This document shows, in pieces, positions 59,356 through 64,000 of a stretch of 64,000 nt of DNA (position 1 is the stretch's first letter; each line of letters opens with the position of its first letter). Origin of the DNA: Planctomycetota bacterium. Its GTDB lineage: Bacteria; Planctomycetota; B15-G4. Position numbers and translations under genes: made by a program. A model generated the notes under the pieces. The model was not told the origin of the DNA. It searched no databases and saw only the letters and a list, made by a program, of their open reading frames with translations. The stretch is from contig JBBQUR010000006.1 of assembly GCA_038212275.1 (NCBI GenBank), positions 1-64,000 on the forward strand. Direction: 5' to 3'.

Positions 59356-59871
59356 ATGAATCCCGCGATCGTTCCGCCGCCGGCTTCCATGGTTCGGTAC
59401 GCCTTTGAACTGGCGCTGGCGCAGGCGCTGCTCGCCGAAGCGCACGACGAAGTTCCCGTCGGCGCGGCGATTCTCGGGCCTGACGGGGCCGTGCTCGCGC
59501 TCGGGAGGAACGAGATCGAGGCACGGCGCGACCCGACGGCTCACGCGGAGCGACTCGCGTTGACGGCGGCCTGCGCGGTGGTCGGCGCGCCGCGCTTGCC
59601 CGAAGGCAGCCTGCTGGTGGCCACGCTCGAGCCCTGCGCCATGTGCGCCGGGGCCATCGTCCTGGCGCGGGTCCGATTCCTGGCGTTCGGCGCGACCGAC
59701 CCCAAGGCGGGGGCCTGCGGGTCATTGCGCGACGTCGTGCGCGACACGCGCCTCAACCATCGGGTCGAGCTGCTCCCCTCGCAGCGGGCCGAGGAGTGCG
59801 GCGACCTGCTGACGCGCTTCTTCCGCGTTCGCAGATCCGCGCCGGCACGGGACTGTCCGGGGCCGGGCTGA
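59356..59871 (+). CDS. tadA: tRNA adenosine(34) deaminase; start uncertain (59341/59356/59389)
   Basis: EVPVGA, DPTAHAE, TLEPCAMCAGAI, DPKAGACGS, LNHR. Confidence 0.93.
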   Translation: MNPAIVPPPASMVRYAFELALAQALLAEAHDEVPVGAAILGPDGAVLALGRNEIEARRDPTAHAERLALTAACAVVGAPRLPEGSLLVATLEPCAMCAGAIVLARVRFLAFGATDPKAGACGSLRDVVRDTRLNHRVELLPSQRAEECGDLLTRFFRVRRSAPARDCPGPG

Positions 59872-59931
59872 TTCCCTAGAATCCCCGCCCGCCCTGCCCG
59901 GACGTGGGGGCAAGAGACAGGTGTGCCGCGC

Positions 59932-60021
59932 GGAGAGGTGACAGAGAGGCCGATTGTGCTTGCTTGGAAAGCAAGTGAACGGGCAACCGTTCCGGGGGTT
60001 CGAATCCCTCCCTCTCCGCCA
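59932..60021 (+). tRNA. tRNA-Ser (anticodon GGA)
   Basis: 90 nt, long variable arm, anticodon arm CTTGC-TTGGAAA-GCAAG, CCA end. Confidence 0.96.
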
Positions 60022-60083
60022 GACCTCCCGACCATTCCGCGGACGACCTGCCCGATCCTGCATGCGTTGACAACCCGACGTTC

Positions 60084-60174
<91 letters not shown>

Positions 60175-60241
60175 GACGCCAGCCTCGGGCGGTTTGCCCC
60201 GCATGGTGGCATCCGAGGGTCGGCGCCGCCGTGCGCGCAGT

Positions 60242-60328
60242 GGGGCCGGCAGCAAGTGGACCGCGTGAACTGGGTCAGGCCCTGACGGGAGCAGCCCTAA
60301 GCGATGGCGCCACGGTGTTGCCGGTCCC
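60242..60328 (+). ncRNA. ffs: Signal recognition particle RNA (core hairpin; ends approximate)
   Basis: Helix-8 motif GTCAGG-CCC-TGAC-GGG-AGCAGC; closing stem GGGGCCGGCAGCA/TGTTGCCGGTCCC; typical position upstream of dnaX. Confidence 0.88.
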
Positions 60329-60406
60329 TCTCCGCGCACGGTGCGCGACTCGAATCGCAGGCCGGATGCTCGACGGCCGGAGGCCGGCTCGCGTAGGCTC
60401 CTCTCC

Positions 60407-62215
60407 ATGGTCGGCTACACGGTTCTCGCCACGCGCTATCGGCCGCGCATCTTCGACGACGTGGTCGGGCAGGCAGACGCCGCGCACGTGCTGCGCGCCG
60501 CCATCGAGGGCGGCCGCTCTGCGCATGCCTACCTGTTCTCCGGACCGCGCGGCGTGGGCAAGACGTCCATGGCGCGCATCCTGGCCAAGGCCTGGAACTG
60601 CCTGGTCGCGGAGAGCGGCCTGCCGTGCGGCACGTGTGCGGTGTGCCGCGCCATCGACGAGTCGAGCGACTGCCTCGATGTGGTCGAAATCGACGGCGCC
60701 TCGCACAACCGCGTCGAGAACGTGCGCGACCTCATCGATGCCGTGCGCTTCCGGCCGGTGGAGGCCCGGTATCGCGTGTACATCGTGGACGAGGTGCACA
60801 TGCTCTCGACCTCGGCCTTCAACGCGCTGCTGAAGACGCTCGAGGAGCCGCCGGCGCACGCGAAGTTCATCCTCGCCACCACGGAACTCCTGAAGGTTCC
60901 CGAGACCATCCGCTCGCGCTGCCAGCTCATCGATTTCCGGCGCCTCGCGCTGGAGGACATGCGCGCGCGGCTCGCTGACATCTGCGTGCATGAAGGCGTG
61001 CCCGTGCCGGACGGCCTGCTCGACCGGGTCGCACGGCACGCGCGCGGCGGCCTGCGCGATGCGCTTTCGCTGCTCGACCAGCTCATCACCTACGGCGACG
61101 GCAAGCCGACGATCGCGGACTTCGAGCGGCTGACCGGCCGGCTCGCACCCGAGGCGCTGCACGAACTGCTCGGTGGCGCGCTCGCCGGCGACGGTGCCGC
61201 CGTCCTGAACGCCTGCCAGGACGCCTTTGCGCGGGGGGCGCGCGGCGCTGACCTCGTCGAGCAGCTCACCGAGATCCTTGAGGGCTTGCTGGTGACGGTG
61301 GCCGGCAGCGTGCCCGCGGATCGCACGGCCGAGGAGCGGCAGTCGCTCCAGCGTCTGGCCACGCAGTGCAACCTCGATCAGGTGGTGGCGATGCTGGACG
61401 TGCTGGTCGAGGCGAATCGCCGCTTGCGACAGCGCCACGACAGTCGGCTCGTGACCGAACTCGCCCTGCTCAACCTTGCGCGCGTGAAGCTGCTGACGCC
61501 GCTCGGCGATCTGCTCGCAAGCGGAGGTCTGCCCGCCGCGGCCGCTTCGGCGGGGTCCCGGCTCGCGCCTGCGGCTGCTGCCGCGCCGTCGTCGCCGCGA
61601 GGCGTTTCCCGCGCGCCGGCAACGCGTGCCGAGCCAGCCGTCACGTCGCCGGACTCGGTGGTGCCGGCGCACGCTCCCGCGTCCACGCCCCGTGCGCCAG
61701 GCCCGCGCGACCACGCAGAGCCAGGGCAGGGCACGGACTTCGCCGAGCGTTTCATCGAGGCCGTGTCGCGAGTCTCGCGTTCGCTGCGCCTGGAACTGCA
61801 GCGCTATCCCGCTATCCGCGTCGAGGGCGACGAATTGCTCATGGAGCGCCCTTCCGGCGGGGCGCCACTGCTCTTCGACCCGACGCAAGCCGATGTCGCC
61901 AGGCGCTTCACCGAGGCTGGCAACGCGTTGACGGGCCGGTCGCTCCGCCTGCGTGTCCTGCAGGCCGGCCCCGAGGCGAAGCGATCCGACGTCCCGGCCA
62001 AGGCCCCGCAGCCGATGAGCAGCAGTCTCGCGTCGGCAGGGTCGGCTGCGTCGGCTGCTTCGGCTGCGTCGGCTCCGACCGACGCCGATGCGCGCCGCGC
62101 CGCGCCGGAGGTCCGGCGTCCGCCCGCGGGGAACCGCCCCGACGCGGCACGGCCATCCGACGTCGAACAGCGCATCCTGAAGGACTGGCCGGGTTCGGAG
62201 CGGGTCGACTTTTAG
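60407..62215 (+). CDS. dnaX: DNA polymerase III subunit gamma/tau
   Basis: YTVLATRYRP, HAYLFSGPRGVGKTS, PCGTCAVC, EIDGASH, IVDEVHMLS, TIRSRCQ, GGLRDALSLLDQ. Confidence 0.97.
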   Translation: MVGYTVLATRYRPRIFDDVVGQADAAHVLRAAIEGGRSAHAYLFSGPRGVGKTSMARILAKAWNCLVAESGLPCGTCAVCRAIDESSDCLDVVEIDGASHNRVENVRDLIDAVRFRPVEARYRVYIVDEVHMLSTSAFNALLKTLEEPPAHAKFILATTELLKVPETIRSRCQLIDFRRLALEDMRARLADICVHEGVPVPDGLLDRVARHARGGLRDALSLLDQLITYGDGKPTIADFERLTGRLAPEALHELLGGALAGDGAAVLNACQDAFARGARGADLVEQLTEILEGLLVTVAGSVPADRTAEERQSLQRLATQCNLDQVVAMLDVLVEANRRLRQRHDSRLVTELALLNLARVKLLTPLGDLLASGGLPAAAASAGSRLAPAAAAAPSSPRGVSRAPATRAEPAVTSPDSVVPAHAPASTPRAPGPRDHAEPGQGTDFAERFIEAVSRVSRSLRLELQRYPAIRVEGDELLMERPSGGAPLLFDPTQADVARRFTEAGNALTGRSLRLRVLQAGPEAKRSDVPAKAPQPMSSSLASAGSAASAASAASAPTDADARRAAPEVRRPPAGNRPDAARPSDVEQRILKDWPGSERVDF

Positions 62216-62294
62216 CGCCTGCTGCGCGACCATGTCGTTCGCCCGGCATGTGCCCGCCCTGGTGCGGATGTGCGGCCGCGCTGGAGTGATGCCG

Positions 62295-62600
62295 ATGGAC
62301 ATGCGTCAAATGCTGGAGCAGGCCCAGAACCTGACGCGGGCGCTTGCCGAGCTGGATGCGCGCTTCAAGGCGCACGAGCTCGAGGCCGCTTCGCGAGACG
62401 GCCAGGTCGCGCTGCGCCTGAACGCCGCGTACGAGGTCATCGGCGTGCATGTGGCTCCCGAACTGCTTGCGAGCGGCGACAAGGCTGCGGCCGAGCGCGC
62501 CGTGGCCGAGGCGCTCCGCGGCGTGTTGGCGTCCATCCGCAAGTACCGTGAGGAGCAGCGGGCGGGCGTGACGGGCGGAATGCACCTGCCGGAGTTCTGA
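62295..62600 (+). CDS. ybaB: YbaB/EbfC nucleoid-associated protein
   Basis: MDMRQMLEQAQ N-terminus; size and position between dnaX and recR; GGAG RBS. Confidence 0.85.
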   Translation: MDMRQMLEQAQNLTRALAELDARFKAHELEAASRDGQVALRLNAAYEVIGVHVAPELLASGDKAAAERAVAEALRGVLASIRKYREEQRAGVTGGMHLPEF

Positions 62601-62625
62601 CGATCCTGAGTAGACTGGCCTCAGC

Positions 62626-63231
62626 ATGGCCCTGCCACCAACGCTGACACGCCTGATCGCCGCCTTCCGCACGCTTCCCGGAGTCGGGACGCGCACTGCG
62701 GAACGGCTCGCCTTTCATGTGCTGCGGGCCCCGGAGGCAGAGACCGACGAACTCGCCGCCGCGATCGTCGCGCTGCGGAGCAGCGTGGTCGCGTGTTCGA
62801 CGTGCCACACGGTGGCCGAAGCCGATCCATGCCCCATCTGCGCCGACGAGCGCCGCGACCGCGGGCGGCTGCTGGTCGTGGAGCAGCCACGCGACGTGCA
62901 GGCCTTCGAGGATGCAGGCTGGAAAGGCGTCTACCACGTCCTTCTGGGCCATCTCAACGCGCTCGAGGGCATCGATGCGGGCGACCTCACCATCGAGGGG
63001 CTGCTGCGGCGCGTGAAGGCGGGCGGTCTCGACGAGGTGATCATCGCCACGAACCCCGACTACGAAGGCGACACGACGGCACTGCACCTCAGGAAGCGAC
63101 TTGCGGGCACGGGGGTGACCGTGTCACGCATCGCGCGCGGCATCGCCTCGGGGAGCGCGATCGAGTACAGCAATGCCGCCATGCTGGCGGACGCGCTGAC
63201 AGGCCGCGCGCCGATGGAGGCCTCGGCGTGA
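62626..63231 (+). CDS. recR: Recombination mediator RecR
   Basis: LPGVGTRTAERLAF, CSTC..CPIC zinc finger, VVEQPRD, EVIIATNPDYEGDTTA Toprim. Confidence 0.97.
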   Translation: MALPPTLTRLIAAFRTLPGVGTRTAERLAFHVLRAPEAETDELAAAIVALRSSVVACSTCHTVAEADPCPICADERRDRGRLLVVEQPRDVQAFEDAGWKGVYHVLLGHLNALEGIDAGDLTIEGLLRRVKAGGLDEVIIATNPDYEGDTTALHLRKRLAGTGVTVSRIARGIASGSAIEYSNAAMLADALTGRAPMEASA

Positions 63232-64000
63232 AGCTGGGCATGTCGCAGTCGATCCGCACGTCGCTGCAGCTGCGGCTCTCGCCGCAGATGCTGCAGCGGA
63301 TCGAGGTCCTGCAGCTCTCGTCGCTGGATCTCCGGCAGCTCATCGAGCAGGAACTGCAGGAGAACGAGACGCTCGAGCAGCAGACGGATGATCCGACCGA
63401 GATGGCGGAGGCCGATGCGGTTGCCGAAACGGGCGACGGCGACGGCGACGGCGATGGCGATGTCGATGCGTACGACGGAGAGGACGAGTGGGAGGACCGC
63501 ACGCCCGGCGAGGGTCCCTCGCGCATGGACGTGATGGTGGCGACGACGGCGGCTCCCGAGACGCTCGCCGACAACCTGGGACGGCAGCTCGACATGCTCG
63601 ATCTCCCGGAGCGCCAGCTCACGATCGCCCGCGCCATCATGCTCGCGCTCAACGAGCGGGGCTGGTTGTCGCTTCCTCTGTCCGACGTCGGGGCGCCGGT
63701 GTCGCCGCCGGCGACGGCCGCCGAGCTCGAGCAGGCCTTGCACGTGGTCCAGCGCCTCGAGCCCGCGGGCATCGGGGCACGAGACCTCACGGAGTGCCTG
63801 CTGCTGCAGCTCTCGGCCGACAATCTCGAGTACGAGCTGCTCGTCTCGCTGGTCATTCATCACCTCGATGACATCGCGCACAACCGCATCCCGCGCATCG
63901 CACGCGAGTCCGGCGCCAGCGTGGATCGCGTGCTCGCCGCCATCGAGGTCATCAGCCACCTCGATCCGATCCCGGGCCGTCGCTTCTCGGGCGCGCGGGC
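63228..64000 (+). CDS. rpoN: RNA polymerase sigma-54 factor, 5' part (runs off the window; absent from the ORF track)
   Basis: Manual translation from GTG overlapping recR stop: LSPQMLQRIEVLQLSSLDLRQLIEQELQEN, acidic region II, VQRLEPAGIGARDLTECLLLQL. Confidence 0.93.
   Translation, partial: MKLGMSQSIRTSLQLRLSPQMLQRIEVLQLSSLDLRQLIEQELQENETLEQQTDDPTEMAEADAVAETGDGDGDGDGDVDAYDGEDEWEDRTPGEGPSRMDVMVATTAAPETLADNLGRQLDMLDLPERQLTIARAIMLALNERGWLSLPLSDVGAPVSPPATAAELEQALHVVQRLEPAGIGARDLTECLLLQLSADNLEYELLVSLVIHHLDDIAHNRIPRIARESGASVDRVLAAIEVISHLDPIPGRRFSGAR

Noticed and set aside
61500..62215. Programmed frameshift in dnaX producing the gamma subunit
   Set aside because: No AAAAAAG slippery site or poly-A tract seen

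Overview
Very GC-rich bacterial chromosomal segment, densely coding, with no mobile element, prophage or CRISPR array visible. The dnaX-ybaB-recR-rpoN order and the gene content suggest Planctomycetota (inference). From left to right: (1) a membrane protein, a methyltransferase and a peroxiredoxin; (2) a minus-strand sugar locus resembling the oxidation/elimination (3-keto-glycoside) pathway (Gfo/Idh/MocA, TIM-barrel isomerase/epimerase, NHS-type MFS, a lipoprotein, a PA14-propeller-DUF1080 protein, divergent ThuA), interrupted by a B12 radical SAM and a GIDE-like gene; (3) M28 peptidase, VTT/DedA protein plus flavin disulfide reductase, hisS-xth and proS; (4) a ~27 kb envelope glycan region (GT4s, GT2s, ArnT-like, two YfhO-like GT-C proteins, VTT protein, lepB, methyltransferases, FAD oxidoreductase); (5) prkA/yeaG-yeaH-spoVR and a HAD phosphatase; (6) a 27-aa Lys-rich microprotein with its own RBS, terminator and structured upstream region; (7) tRNA-Arg(ACG)-tadA-2x tRNA-Ser-SRP RNA-dnaX-ybaB-recR-rpoN (partial). 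Most notable unexplained signals: the microprotein unit, a terminated structured minus-strand region between xth and proS, many 9-bp-period in-frame insertions inside conserved enzymes, recurrent leaderless-type promoters, and a 4-Cys insert shared by four GT4 domains. Start codons were re-picked by eye; all family calls come from motif recognition, not database searches.
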